Source of the DNA: a virus
Taxonomy: Duplodnaviria > Heunggongvirae > Uroviricota > Caudoviricetes
DNA length: 64,000 nt
Direction: 5' to 3' (one strand)
Virus record (IMG/VR): IMGVR_UViG_3300042341_001208
Shown: positions 44,952 to 54,767 of the stretch, in pieces
Numbering within the stretch: position 1 is the stretch's first letter
Layout of the letters: the number at the start of each line of letters is the position of its first letter
Position numbers and translations under genes: made by a program
The notes under the pieces: generated by a model
Database searches by the model: none
Told to the model about the DNA's origin: nothing
What the model saw: the letters and a program-made list of their open reading frames with translations, nothing else

Positions 44952-45505
44952 TCAACTTTAATCAGTTTAATTGTAGCACCTTTATATCCCTCTGCTTCTT
45001 TAGCAAGAGTTAAATTTTCTTGGCTATCATCAAAGAAAGTCAAATGCTTAAATCCTAAATCAATTAAATCTTTTATTGCTTCCTTTTTTCTATCTGCAAT
45101 GGTTCCTTTATAACCATACTGAGGATCACTTATAGCAATTACAAGTTGTGGATGTATGTCAATCCCATTTTCTAAAAAGAAGTCCCTCACGAGCTTGCTA
45201 GAGCTTCTAGCAGTCACAATAGCAACAGGGATTCCTCTCTTATAGTAGCTTTTGAGCTTGTTAAATATCTCATGGATAAATCTTCCCTGTCTTAGAATTT
45301 CAGGGTTTAGAAAATCCCCAAAATCCAGAACGTGCTTAGATGGTTTAGATTCGAATGTGTTGAATTCCTGAGGGGTTAAGGACTTGATAATTTTCCCGGT
45401 TTTTCTGTCTACAATTTTTATCTTTGCATCAGTTCTGACAATAGTATCATCTAAATCAAAAATAACTAATCTGTTACCGGTATCTATTCCTTTAATTTCT
45501 ATCAC
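44948..45505 (-). CDS. HAD-superfamily phosphatase
   Basis: Motif I LVIFDLDDTIV (DxDxT); later KGIPVAIVTARS and FFDDS motifs. Confidence 0.55.
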   Translation of the reverse strand: MIEIKGIDTGNRLVIFDLDDTIVRTDAKIKIVDRKTGKIIKSLTPQEFNTFESKPSKHVLDFGDFLNPEILRQGRFIHEIFNKLKSYYKRGIPVAIVTARSSSKLVRDFFLENGIDIHPQLVIAISDPQYGYKGTIADRKKEAIKDLIDLGFKHLTFFDDSQENLTLAKEAEGYKGATIKLIKVD

Positions 45506-45533
45506 TCTTTGGGATAATTTCCCTTATATATTT

Positions 45534-46202
45534 TTAAATTTTAACTTTTACGATTCTAGTTTTATCTGAGATCTTCCTTTCTTCTAAGATTTCATATTTT
45601 AGAGTTGTTAATCCATCCGAATTTATTTTTTCCATCGCATTTTTTTGCCCTTCAGGGGAGCTAAATGAGAAATATTTTTTAAGATTCTCGTCATATAAAT
45701 CTTTGACAATATTTCTTTCGTGAGCTAACGATCTATATCTTCCATTTTTCCTAGATGTTGGGATCCCATTTAAAATGCATCTCAACATAACGTCGTCATC
45801 CTCTGCTCCCCACCCCCAGTAATCGTTAGAATATCCATTTGCCTTGATAAAGGAATGCTTATCGAAAATGGTAACCCCTCCGAAATACTTATGGTAAGGG
45901 AGTTTGTATCCAAATTGCTCCGCTTCAGCTGCTAAATGGGTTGGATTCGGGGTATAAGTATAATCCGATGTTATTGGTAACATATCAACGTCATGGAAAC
46001 AATAGTAATCTGCAGAAGGTGATTCAAGTGCTCCGACGTTTAATAATTTTCCTCTGTTGAAAGGTTTATCGTCCTGTTCAACAATTACAATCTCGTAATC
46101 CAAATCCCTTAAGAATTCTGAATTCTCCATATGGGGAACAAATTTTTTTAAATGTTCTTCTCTGTCCCTATATGGAACTATGATAGATAATTTTTTAGAC
46201 AT
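45534..46202 (-). CDS. beta-1,4-galactosyltransferase-like glycosyltransferase (GT7-type)
   Basis: FNRGKLLNVGA, DVDMLP and WGWGAEDDD reproduce the three hallmark B4GALT motifs (FNRAKLLNVGF, DVDLIP, WGWGGEDDD). Confidence 0.7.
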   Translation of the reverse strand: MSKKLSIIVPYRDREEHLKKFVPHMENSEFLRDLDYEIVIVEQDDKPFNRGKLLNVGALESPSADYYCFHDVDMLPITSDYTYTPNPTHLAAEAEQFGYKLPYHKYFGGVTIFDKHSFIKANGYSNDYWGWGAEDDDVMLRCILNGIPTSRKNGRYRSLAHERNIVKDLYDENLKKYFSFSSPEGQKNAMEKINSDGLTTLKYEILEERKISDKTRIVKVKI

Positions 46203-46279
46203 CAGATATTTTAGTTCATACTTTTGTTAAAGTTTCCGAAACATTATTCTTCTTCCCCGGTATAATTTTAAATTATTCT

Positions 46280-47128
46280 ATGATTTATTTTAGAAGCATC
46301 GGCTACATGGGAAGGCTTGGAAATCAGATGTTCCAGCTTGCTTCAACAGTAGGAATAGCAAAAGAAAGAGGATTTGGTGCCGGAATTCCTATTGAGAATT
46401 GCACCAGAAAAATTGGAAGCGGACCAATTGACGTTAAAACCGGATTACAGACGAATGTTAAGTGCGATCTTTTAGATTGTTTCAATATCCCGTCAAAATA
46501 TTTAATTCCGTTCAGTGAGGTAAAACCTCAGTACATTTACTACGAGGGGGATTTTAAATTCAATCCTCAGGTTCTATCTTTGGAACCATATACAGATTTA
46601 TCTGGATACTTTCAAACCGAGGAATATTTTAAAAAATATAGGGAAGAAATTCTAGAAATCTTTACTTTTAAAAAAGAAGATGAAGAAGAAGCAAGAAATT
46701 TTCTATTAGAGAAGGTTCATTCTCTATCATCAAATAAGAATGTAATTTCTATTCACGTAAGAAGGGGGGATTATACGCTATATCCAAACCATCATCCGGT
46801 TTGTTCCGATGACTATTATAAATCTGCAATTGAAAAATTCGATCTAAAAAATTCTGTGTTTCTAGTTTTTTCTGACGATATCGAATGGTGCAAGAAAAAA
46901 TTTGAAGGAGACAGTTTTATATTTTCAGAAACTAACAATCCATATGTGGATCTTGCAATTATGACAATGTGTGACCATCACATTATTGCAAACTCTTCTT
47001 TTAGCTGGTGGGGTGCCTGGTTAAATAGATCTAAGGACAAGAGAGTTATAGCTCCTTCCAGATGGTTTGGTCCTTCTTTACCTAAAGACACGAGTGACAT
47101 ATATTGCGAGGGATGGGAAATAATATGA
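46280..47128 (+). CDS. alpha-1,2-fucosyltransferase-like glycosyltransferase (GT11)
   Basis: GRLGNQMFQLAS N-terminal motif and ANSSFSWWGAWL C-terminal motif of GT11. Confidence 0.7.
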   Translation: MIYFRSIGYMGRLGNQMFQLASTVGIAKERGFGAGIPIENCTRKIGSGPIDVKTGLQTNVKCDLLDCFNIPSKYLIPFSEVKPQYIYYEGDFKFNPQVLSLEPYTDLSGYFQTEEYFKKYREEILEIFTFKKEDEEEARNFLLEKVHSLSSNKNVISIHVRRGDYTLYPNHHPVCSDDYYKSAIEKFDLKNSVFLVFSDDIEWCKKKFEGDSFIFSETNNPYVDLAIMTMCDHHIIANSSFSWWGAWLNRSKDKRVIAPSRWFGPSLPKDTSDIYCEGWEII

Positions 47129-47883
47129 GCAACAACTTCTTTTCCATAACGATAAACACCTTTAATCACGAGAATTGGATAGAGGGATGTCTATACAGCT
47201 GTTTAAACCAGGATTATGATAACTTTGAAGTTATCGTTATAGACGACATTTCAACCGATAAGACTTTTGAGATATGCTCCAGGATACAAAAAGAATTTCC
47301 AGGAAAATTAAGAGCTATAAGAAATGAGAATAAAATATTCTCGCAGGTCCGAAATATTCTAGAGCTCACTCTTCTTTCTAAGGAAAATTCTATAGTGGTT
47401 TCTGTCGATGGGGATGATTGTTTAAAAAACAACCAGGTTCTAAAAAAACTAAATGAGGTCTATAATTCCGGAGAAGTCTGGATGACCTATGGAAGATATG
47501 AAGAATATCCTTATAACGACGTTTCTGGAAGTTATTATGCTTACCCAGATCATATAATACAAGGAAATTTATTTAGGGAATACAGATGGATGGCTTCTCA
47601 TCTAAGAACTTATAGAAGAGAATTGTTTTTGAAAATCAAGGAAGAGGACTTTAAATTACCCGATGGTGAATGGCTTGACGTAACAGGGGATCAGGCATTT
47701 ATGCTTCCAATGTTGGAGATGTCAAAAGAGAGAAGCAGATTTATTCCTGATATTCTTTATGTTTATAACGTAGCTAATCCCACAAGGGACGGAGCAACTA
47801 AAGTTCATAGACAAGAAGAGGTAGCAAGATACATTAGATCAAAAGAAAAATACACCAGATTAGAAACATTAAATGAAAGATAA
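47125..47883 (+). CDS. family 2 glycosyltransferase
   Basis: Start at ATG 47125 overlapping upstream stop; FSITINTFNHENWIEGCLYSCLNQDYDNFEVIVIDDISTD (GT-A, DxD). Confidence 0.6.
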   Translation: MSNNFFSITINTFNHENWIEGCLYSCLNQDYDNFEVIVIDDISTDKTFEICSRIQKEFPGKLRAIRNENKIFSQVRNILELTLLSKENSIVVSVDGDDCLKNNQVLKKLNEVYNSGEVWMTYGRYEEYPYNDVSGSYYAYPDHIIQGNLFREYRWMASHLRTYRRELFLKIKEEDFKLPDGEWLDVTGDQAFMLPMLEMSKERSRFIPDILYVYNVANPTRDGATKVHRQEEVARYIRSKEKYTRLETLNER

Positions 47884-48568
47884 ATTTTTTATGGCTATTC
47901 TTTCTCATAAGGGAAGTAAGCACAGGGATGAACAAAAAAAACATCTCCTAGAAACAAACAACGGTGATATTATATTCTATTATTTTATAGGAGATTTAAA
48001 TCTAGACTCGGAATATAAAGTAGACGAAGAGAACAAAATAGTCTATCTAAAAGTTCCTGATAACTACGAATCTCTTCCCTTAAAAACACAAGCAGCTGTT
48101 TCTTTTGTGAATGAAAATTATTCCGACTCGATTAAAGGAATGATAAAAACAGACGATGATATAGAACTGGATATCGAAAAGATTTATTCTTGCCTTTCTA
48201 TTCACGGAGATAAAGATTATTTTGGAATAGTTACACAGATAACTAACCCTGAAAACGTATCGACCTGGCACATGGGAAAATGTGAATCCGCAGAGATGAA
48301 TAGAACCCCAGTAAGAGTTCCTCTTTGTACCTATTGTGGTGGTGGAGGATATTACTTAAGTAAAGAATCTATCTCTAAAATTTCCCAATCAAAGGAAAAA
48401 TATTCCACCATGGTATTTGAAGACGCAGCTACCGGATACGTTTTAAATTCATTTGGAATCTATCCAACGTTTATTCACATGGGACAGAATGGATTCGATT
48501 GGCCTAATATGGTACCTCCTTCTCCTCCAGAATCTAAGGTTCAAGTCAATCCAATGTTAATAAGATAA
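47873..48568 (+). CDS. putative glycosyltransferase (GT31/fringe-like DDD motif)
   Basis: IKTDDDIELD and downstream Cys/Gly-rich GGGGYYLSKES segment typical of galactosyltransferase-like GT-A enzymes; weak. Confidence 0.4.
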   Translation: MKDKFFMAILSHKGSKHRDEQKKHLLETNNGDIIFYYFIGDLNLDSEYKVDEENKIVYLKVPDNYESLPLKTQAAVSFVNENYSDSIKGMIKTDDDIELDIEKIYSCLSIHGDKDYFGIVTQITNPENVSTWHMGKCESAEMNRTPVRVPLCTYCGGGGYYLSKESISKISQSKEKYSTMVFEDAATGYVLNSFGIYPTFIHMGQNGFDWPNMVPPSPPESKVQVNPMLIR

Positions 48569-48569
48569 G

Positions 48570-49253
48570 ATGATATCAATTTGTATACCTTGTTACGAGA
48601 TGCACGGGAGAGGAAAGGATTTTCTAGACTTTAATTTGGAAAAAATTAAAGAACAGACCTATCAAGACTTTGAAGTTGTAATTTCAGACCACAGCCAAAA
48701 CGAGGAGATTAAATCTGTATGCGAGAAATATTCATCATTGGGTATGGATGTTAAATATTTTAAAAACGAAAATAATAGGGGGAATTCCTCTAGTAATATT
48801 AATAATGCAATTTCTAATTCTACTGGTGAAATAATTAAAATTATTTTCCAGGACGATTTTCTATATCACATTAATTCTCTAAAAGAAATAAGAGATTCTT
48901 TTTCTTCTAATGATATAGACTGGCTGGTAACAGCTTCTTGTCACACTACAGATGGAATTAACTTCGAGAGATTTTATTATCCAAGATATACAGAAGACAT
49001 TATGACGGGGAATAATTTAATAAGCTCTCCGAGTGTTTTAAGTTTTAAAAATACCGGAGATGTTTGGTTTGACTCAAATTTAATCTGGCTAATGGACTGC
49101 GATATGTACAAAAGACTCTATATGAGATATGGGGATCCTTTCTATTTAAATCGAATTAATGTTGTTAACAGAACTTGGGAAGGTCAGTATAATAATCACA
49201 TCCCTTGGGAAAGAAAAAAATGGGAAATAGAATACGGGAGACATAAATACTAA
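48570..49253 (+). CDS. family 2 glycosyltransferase
   Basis: ISICIPCYEMHGRG...EQTYQDFEVVISDHSQ ... FQDDFL (DxD-like). Confidence 0.55.
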   Translation: MISICIPCYEMHGRGKDFLDFNLEKIKEQTYQDFEVVISDHSQNEEIKSVCEKYSSLGMDVKYFKNENNRGNSSSNINNAISNSTGEIIKIIFQDDFLYHINSLKEIRDSFSSNDIDWLVTASCHTTDGINFERFYYPRYTEDIMTGNNLISSPSVLSFKNTGDVWFDSNLIWLMDCDMYKRLYMRYGDPFYLNRINVVNRTWEGQYNNHIPWERKKWEIEYGRHKY

Positions 49254-49269
49254 TAATATATAAAATAAA

Positions 49270-49833
49270 ATGAATAATTTAGAACAAATTTACCTTAATA
49301 AATGCGCTACTGCATTAGACATCAACGAGCATTTACCTACTTTAAGGAGATACACAGAAGAATGCGACGTTGTTATCGAAATGGGGGTTAGAAGCATAGT
49401 TTCAACCTGGGCTTTTTTACTAGGGCAGCCAAAAAAATTAATCTCTGTGGACATCGTTCATCCTAAAACTTATATCAATCATGACCCGTCTGGATGCAAT
49501 TTAGATTTGGTTTATGAAATTGCAGAAGAGAGAGAAATTGAATTTGAATTTATAGAGTCAGATACCTTAAAAATGGATCCCATTGAATGTGATTTTTTAT
49601 TCATCGATACCCTTCATGATTACGATCAACTAAAGGAAGAATTAAGAATCCATTCGCCTTCTGTTAAAAAATACATAGGCCTTCACGATACAGAAACTTT
49701 TGCAATCAAAGGAGAAACCCCAGGAAAAGAAGGAATCTGGAGAGCAGTGGAGGAATTCCTATCTGAAGGAGAATGGAGAATTGGAGAAAGGTTTACAAAC
49801 AATAACGGACTTACTATTCTATCTAGGATTTAA
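49270..49833 (+). CDS. putative class I methyltransferase-fold protein (sugar O-methyltransferase/CmcI-like)
   Basis: VIEMGVRSIVSTW and FLFIDTLHDYDQL blocks resemble TylF/CmcI-type methyltransferases; weak. Confidence 0.35.
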   Translation: MNNLEQIYLNKCATALDINEHLPTLRRYTEECDVVIEMGVRSIVSTWAFLLGQPKKLISVDIVHPKTYINHDPSGCNLDLVYEIAEEREIEFEFIESDTLKMDPIECDFLFIDTLHDYDQLKEELRIHSPSVKKYIGLHDTETFAIKGETPGKEGIWRAVEEFLSEGEWRIGERFTNNNGLTILSRI

Positions 49834-49855
49834 TGAACAACCCCCGAAATAAGAT

Positions 49856-50521
49856 ATGCTTAAACTAGAAAACGTAACTCTCATAGCTTTAACAAGCGTT
49901 AGAATCCCTCAGACAATAAAAGCTCTGGAATATAGTTGCAGGGGAATCCAATTTGGAGATGTTAAATTAGCTTCCGATATAAAACCAGAAAATTTACCTG
50001 CTTTCATAAAACATGAGTATACCGAAAGAAGTTCAAATATTGATGAGTGGAATTATAATATAATTTATAATCTATCCAAACATATAGAAACAGATTATGC
50101 AATTCTCATTCACGATGATGGTTTTATAGTAAATCCGGAATCTTGGAGGAATGAATTTTTAGAATATGATTACATAGGAGCTCCTTGGGCTTTACCTTCA
50201 GATGATTATTCGTACCGTGATATAAATGGAGAAATCGTTCGCCAGGGAAATAGTGTTTCTCTAAGAAGTAAAAAATTAATAGATATTCCAAATAAATTAA
50301 ATCTGGAATGGAAGTCTTTCTATGGATTTACAAATGAAGACGGATTTATATGTGCGCATTATAGGCATAGGTATATAGAAGAAGGATGTAAATTTGCAGA
50401 CATTGATGTTGCCAAATACTTCTCACACGAAACAATGATACCAGAAATAGAAGGAATAAAACCATTTGCATTTCATAGACACTTTGGTACCAATTCGATT
50501 TACCCTAATTATGGAAGATAA
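49856..50521 (+). CDS. hypothetical protein (glycan-locus associated)
   Basis: 221-aa ORF; HDDGFIVNPESW segment; no firm motif. Confidence 0.4.
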   Translation: MLKLENVTLIALTSVRIPQTIKALEYSCRGIQFGDVKLASDIKPENLPAFIKHEYTERSSNIDEWNYNIIYNLSKHIETDYAILIHDDGFIVNPESWRNEFLEYDYIGAPWALPSDDYSYRDINGEIVRQGNSVSLRSKKLIDIPNKLNLEWKSFYGFTNEDGFICAHYRHRYIEEGCKFADIDVAKYFSHETMIPEIEGIKPFAFHRHFGTNSIYPNYGR

Positions 50522-51200
50522 AGAATTGGTGATATCCGCTTATGATAAACCAATCGATTGGTTGTCGTTAATTGATGATAATGTTAAAAAAACAATTTAT
50601 CGAAAGGGAAATGCACTCCCATTGTCTAGTGGTGAAATTTTAATTGAACCAAATATTGGCAGATGCGTACATAGTTTTTTCAATCATATTAAAAATAATT
50701 ATTACAATTTATCCGATTATACATTTTTTGCTCAGGATTACCCATTTGATCATTGGGAAGATTTAATCTATGTTGTTAATGGTAATATTGAAACCTTTAT
50801 AAATCGTTCAGCATTGAATATTGGTGGGTATTATGGATATCACTTTAATACTATTAAGGTTCCCTCAGAAAGAGGGGGGGTAATGCACACGATGCATCCG
50901 TCACAGCATCACGGGAAAGGTAATGTAATCTCCTGTTATAGCAACGGGATGCCTCATGACCACAATCCAAATATCAACGTTGATGTGTACTGGGATTTAT
51001 TATTTGATGAACCCAGGCCAAATATGTATGAATTCATACCAGGGGGTCATTTCGGAATATCCAAAGAACATGTTCATTTAAGATCCCTTGATTTTTATAT
51101 AAAAGTGACTTCTTTATTGGAAGAAAACGAAACAGCCCCGTGGTTAATTGAAAGACTTGAATGCTACATATTTAATTCAAAATACAAGACAAAATTATGA
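50511..51200 (+). CDS. hypothetical protein
   Basis: Start set to ATG 50511 (MEDKEL...) rather than track 50466; His-rich (MHTMHPSQHHGKG). Confidence 0.4.
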   Translation: MEDKELVISAYDKPIDWLSLIDDNVKKTIYRKGNALPLSSGEILIEPNIGRCVHSFFNHIKNNYYNLSDYTFFAQDYPFDHWEDLIYVVNGNIETFINRSALNIGGYYGYHFNTIKVPSERGGVMHTMHPSQHHGKGNVISCYSNGMPHDHNPNINVDVYWDLLFDEPRPNMYEFIPGGHFGISKEHVHLRSLDFYIKVTSLLEENETAPWLIERLECYIFNSKYKTKL

Positions 51201-52057
51201 GTAAAGTACAAATAATTTCTATTTTTGATAAACATGAAGATTTTATTAAATTACAATATGAGAGTATTGTAAATCACGTTGAAGGAGATTATGAATACAT
51301 TATTTTTAATAATGCTTCTGATGAATTGCAAGCAATTCAAAATAAAAAAATGTGTGAAGAATTAGATATCAAATGTATTAGAATTCAAGTTAACTACAAC
51401 TTAGACCCATCAAATATTGCTGGGGCTGCTCTTAACGAAGCTTTTAGTTATTTTTCAGAAGAATCAGTTTTTAAAATTGATTCTGATATGTTTTTTATTT
51501 CAAATATTAACCTGACTGAACTTTTTGAATCTTCAGACCTGATATACATACCAAATTATGTTCTGGGCTTGGAAATCATGTGGAGTGGTGTTTTTGGGAT
51601 AAATATGAAAAAAATTGATATCTCATTAAATTTTAAGCCAAGCGTTATACCACAAACAGACACGTTTGACCAGTCATCATTATTGACAAAAAATAACAAA
51701 TATATTAAAAAAATATTTAAACTATATTCTATTCAAAATATAACGGATAATGTTGTTATTTCTTCTTTAAATAATGATTGTGGAATCTATATAAAGGACA
51801 ATGAAATAATATTCAACGAAAAGCCAGAATATTATTCAGATAAAGAAACCTTGGTAAATTTAAATGATAAAATTTTGGGGATTTTAAATATTATGAAATT
51901 ATATGAATTTCCAGTACCATACAATGTAGATATGATTGAAATTAACGGGGTTAATTTCATGTTTCATTTTAAATCCTCTAATTGGTGTCCCTGGTATACA
52001 GACCAATATGTTACACTAAAAAAAGACTCCTTAATAAAATACTTAAAAAATAATTAA
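51197..52057 (+). CDS. hypothetical protein
   Basis: 286-aa Asn/Ile-rich ORF with ATGA overlap. Confidence 0.4.
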   Translation: MSKVQIISIFDKHEDFIKLQYESIVNHVEGDYEYIIFNNASDELQAIQNKKMCEELDIKCIRIQVNYNLDPSNIAGAALNEAFSYFSEESVFKIDSDMFFISNINLTELFESSDLIYIPNYVLGLEIMWSGVFGINMKKIDISLNFKPSVIPQTDTFDQSSLLTKNNKYIKKIFKLYSIQNITDNVVISSLNNDCGIYIKDNEIIFNEKPEYYSDKETLVNLNDKILGILNIMKLYEFPVPYNVDMIEINGVNFMFHFKSSNWCPWYTDQYVTLKKDSLIKYLKNN

Positions 52058-52873
52058 ATGAAGAAAAAAATAGCATTGGTGACAATGGCAAAAGATGAAG
52101 ACTTGTATATTCAAGAGTGGATCGATTATCATTTGAAATTAGGATTTGATAGTATATTCATCTATCAAAACAATTGGAGATTTAATAGTGAAGACTTGGA
52201 TGAAAGAGTTCATCTTTTAGAGTGGGATATAGATTCCCCAGGTGATATGGATAACACCCCATGGTTATCAAATAGAATTGCTATGGCTTACACTCATTTT
52301 GGAAAAACATATCACGATCAATTTGAATGGGCTGCTTTTATTGATGTCGACGGGTTTCTGGTATTGAAGCAAACGAACGATGTCAAAGAGTTTATTGCTA
52401 AATTTGACAACGTTCCCCAAAGACAAGTTGTAATCAATCTAGCACAATTTGGTGATAATGGTCATACCGAGTTTGATCCGAACAACGCAAGTGTATTGGA
52501 AAGATTTACTAAAAGATGGGGTAAACCTTATACTCACACCTACTATCATGTTGGACCAATATGCAAATTACACGAAAACTTTGATAAGCATGGGGTTCAT
52601 ATGGTACACGATGAAGAATGGATTGATGTAGATGGTGTAGTAGGCATAGGTACTTCAACTATTTTGAATTGCTCAAGAAAGGTATCATACGATACAGCAC
52701 AACTAAACCACTATTATACAAAGACTCTACCAGAATGGCTTAATAAATGTAATAGAACTCGTCCAGAGGGTGATCAGTATAGGAGTACGATTGAAGGTTT
52801 TTTTGAACACAACCACAACGATGTAGAAGACTTTCATGCTTTAAACTTTTTTAGAAATCAACAAACTTTGTAG
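52058..52873 (+). CDS. GT92 (DUF23)-like glycosyltransferase
   Basis: LVTMAKDEDLYIQEWIDYHLKLGFDSIFIYQNNW matches GT92 motif (EWIEYH..lGvdhfyiYdn); later DVDGF. Confidence 0.5.
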   Translation: MKKKIALVTMAKDEDLYIQEWIDYHLKLGFDSIFIYQNNWRFNSEDLDERVHLLEWDIDSPGDMDNTPWLSNRIAMAYTHFGKTYHDQFEWAAFIDVDGFLVLKQTNDVKEFIAKFDNVPQRQVVINLAQFGDNGHTEFDPNNASVLERFTKRWGKPYTHTYYHVGPICKLHENFDKHGVHMVHDEEWIDVDGVVGIGTSTILNCSRKVSYDTAQLNHYYTKTLPEWLNKCNRTRPEGDQYRSTIEGFFEHNHNDVEDFHALNFFRNQQTL

Positions 52874-52876
52874 ATT

Positions 52877-53617
52877 ATGGATATTATAAATACAAATTTG
52901 AATGTGCAAAAGATTAGTGATCCGTATGATATATGGATTATTGATAATTTTTTAAAAGAACATACTTTGAAAGGTATTAAAGATGCATGGCCATCTTATG
53001 AAAATGATGCTTGGTATGTTGGACACCCTGAAATAGACGGTAAAAAGAATATATTAGAACAGGGTATGCTAGGAATTAGTAAAGTAGGGGAAATGCCTGA
53101 ATTCATTAGCAATGTTATGAGTTATATCCACACAAAAGAGTTTACAGAAAGGATATCTAACCTTTTAAATTTACAAAACCTATTTCCAGATGAGCATATG
53201 AGATGGTCAGGTATGAGAACAATGCTTCCAAATTCATTCCAATTGATTCATAGTGATGCTAGAAAATCACCTAATTCAGGAATGCGTAAAGAGGTAACTT
53301 GTTTATTGTATCTGAATGAGAACTATAATAAAGAAAATGATGGCGGTTGTTTAGAAGTCTGGTCCGATGATATGTCAACTTGTATGCATGAAATTGAACC
53401 TATCTCAAATAGGTTTGTTGCTTTTTTAAACAGCGATACTTCCTACCATGGTGTACCAACTGTAAAATCAGAAAGAAAGTTAATTACATTCTCTATTTTA
53501 GCAAATGATAGTTCTACCGATCGATATAAAGCTCTATTCGTTGCAAGACCTACCGATTCTGTTGAAGTTGGAATCGAAGGTGTTAAAAGGTCACAAATAA
53601 AAGATATTAAAAAATAA
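52877..53617 (+). CDS. 2OG-Fe(II) oxygenase, prolyl 4-hydroxylase-like
   Basis: HSDA (HxD), RKEVTCLLYLNENYNKENDGGCLEVW (R..T.L.YLN...GGE..F) and YHGVPTVKSERK (distal His + basic 2OG ligand). Confidence 0.55.
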   Translation: MDIINTNLNVQKISDPYDIWIIDNFLKEHTLKGIKDAWPSYENDAWYVGHPEIDGKKNILEQGMLGISKVGEMPEFISNVMSYIHTKEFTERISNLLNLQNLFPDEHMRWSGMRTMLPNSFQLIHSDARKSPNSGMRKEVTCLLYLNENYNKENDGGCLEVWSDDMSTCMHEIEPISNRFVAFLNSDTSYHGVPTVKSERKLITFSILANDSSTDRYKALFVARPTDSVEVGIEGVKRSQIKDIKK

Positions 53618-53621
53618 AAAT

Positions 53622-54767
53622 ATGGAAGTAAAAAATTATCCTATATTCAAGGTTCATGTCGATGTAGATGGAGCTTTAGAAAATTTAAAAACGGTATTAA
53701 CTAGTGGTTTTTTGAATGAAGGTGAGTGCGTAACACAATTTACCGATTTTTTAAATAATTATCTAAACCATAAAAATGTAGTTTTATTAAATAGCTGTAC
53801 ATCAGCACTTACGTTAGCATTAAAATTGGCTGGGGTTTCTCCTAATGATGAAGTTATTACGACGTCGATGACGTGTGTTGCTACTGTCACCCCAATATCT
53901 AATTTAGCAGCAAAAGTAGTTTGGTGTGATATTGATTACAAAACAGGAAACATAGACCCGTTGAAGATAGAGTCATTAATCACCAAAAAAACCAAAGCTA
54001 TTCTGTGTGTGAATTGGGCTGGTATTCCGTGTGATTTGGAAATGCTACAAGCAATCTGCAAAAAACATGGCATCAAACTTATACAAGATGCAGCACATTC
54101 CTTTGGCGCAAAGTATAATGGAGAGTCCATATGCCACTATGCAGACTATACTTGTTTTAGTTTTCAAGCTATTAAGCATATAACTACCGGGGATGGAGGA
54201 GCTTTGATCTGCAAATCTGAACAGGATTTTGAAAGGGCTAAAAAATTAAAATGGTTTGGTATTGATAGAGATGCTACTAAAAATGAAAAGGGTGAGTGGA
54301 AAGGTCAGAGATGGGAAGTAAATATATTGGAAGCTGGATATAAGTTTCATATGAATAACGTATCGGCTGCTATTGGATTGTCCCAAATTCCCCATATTGA
54401 TAACATAATACAATCTCACATCGATAATGCAAATATTTATGATAATTTATTTAAAGACAATCCACACATAAAACCTTTAAAAATTAATAAAAATACACAA
54501 CCGACATATTGGGTATACACTGTAATACTGGATGAAAGTATTAATCGTAATGATGTTTTAGAAAAAATGAACAAACAAGGCATAGCTGCAGGGTTAGTAC
54601 ATATTCCATGTGATGGATATCAGTGTTTTGAAGATAGTAAAACAGACCTACCACATACAAAGTATTTTTACGAGCATCAGCTATCTCTTCCGTGTGGGTG
54701 GTGGTTAAATTCAGAAGATATTAATTTCATAACCAATACACTAATTAAAATTCTACACAATGAATAA
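53622..54767 (+). CDS. DegT/DnrJ/EryC1/StrS-family sugar aminotransferase (PLP-dependent)
   Basis: Conserved Lys motif CFSFQAIKHITTGDGGAL (SF..K....GEGG) and fold-type I layout. Confidence 0.75.
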   Translation: MEVKNYPIFKVHVDVDGALENLKTVLTSGFLNEGECVTQFTDFLNNYLNHKNVVLLNSCTSALTLALKLAGVSPNDEVITTSMTCVATVTPISNLAAKVVWCDIDYKTGNIDPLKIESLITKKTKAILCVNWAGIPCDLEMLQAICKKHGIKLIQDAAHSFGAKYNGESICHYADYTCFSFQAIKHITTGDGGALICKSEQDFERAKKLKWFGIDRDATKNEKGEWKGQRWEVNILEAGYKFHMNNVSAAIGLSQIPHIDNIIQSHIDNANIYDNLFKDNPHIKPLKINKNTQPTYWVYTVILDESINRNDVLEKMNKQGIAAGLVHIPCDGYQCFEDSKTDLPHTKYFYEHQLSLPCGWWLNSEDINFITNTLIKILHNE

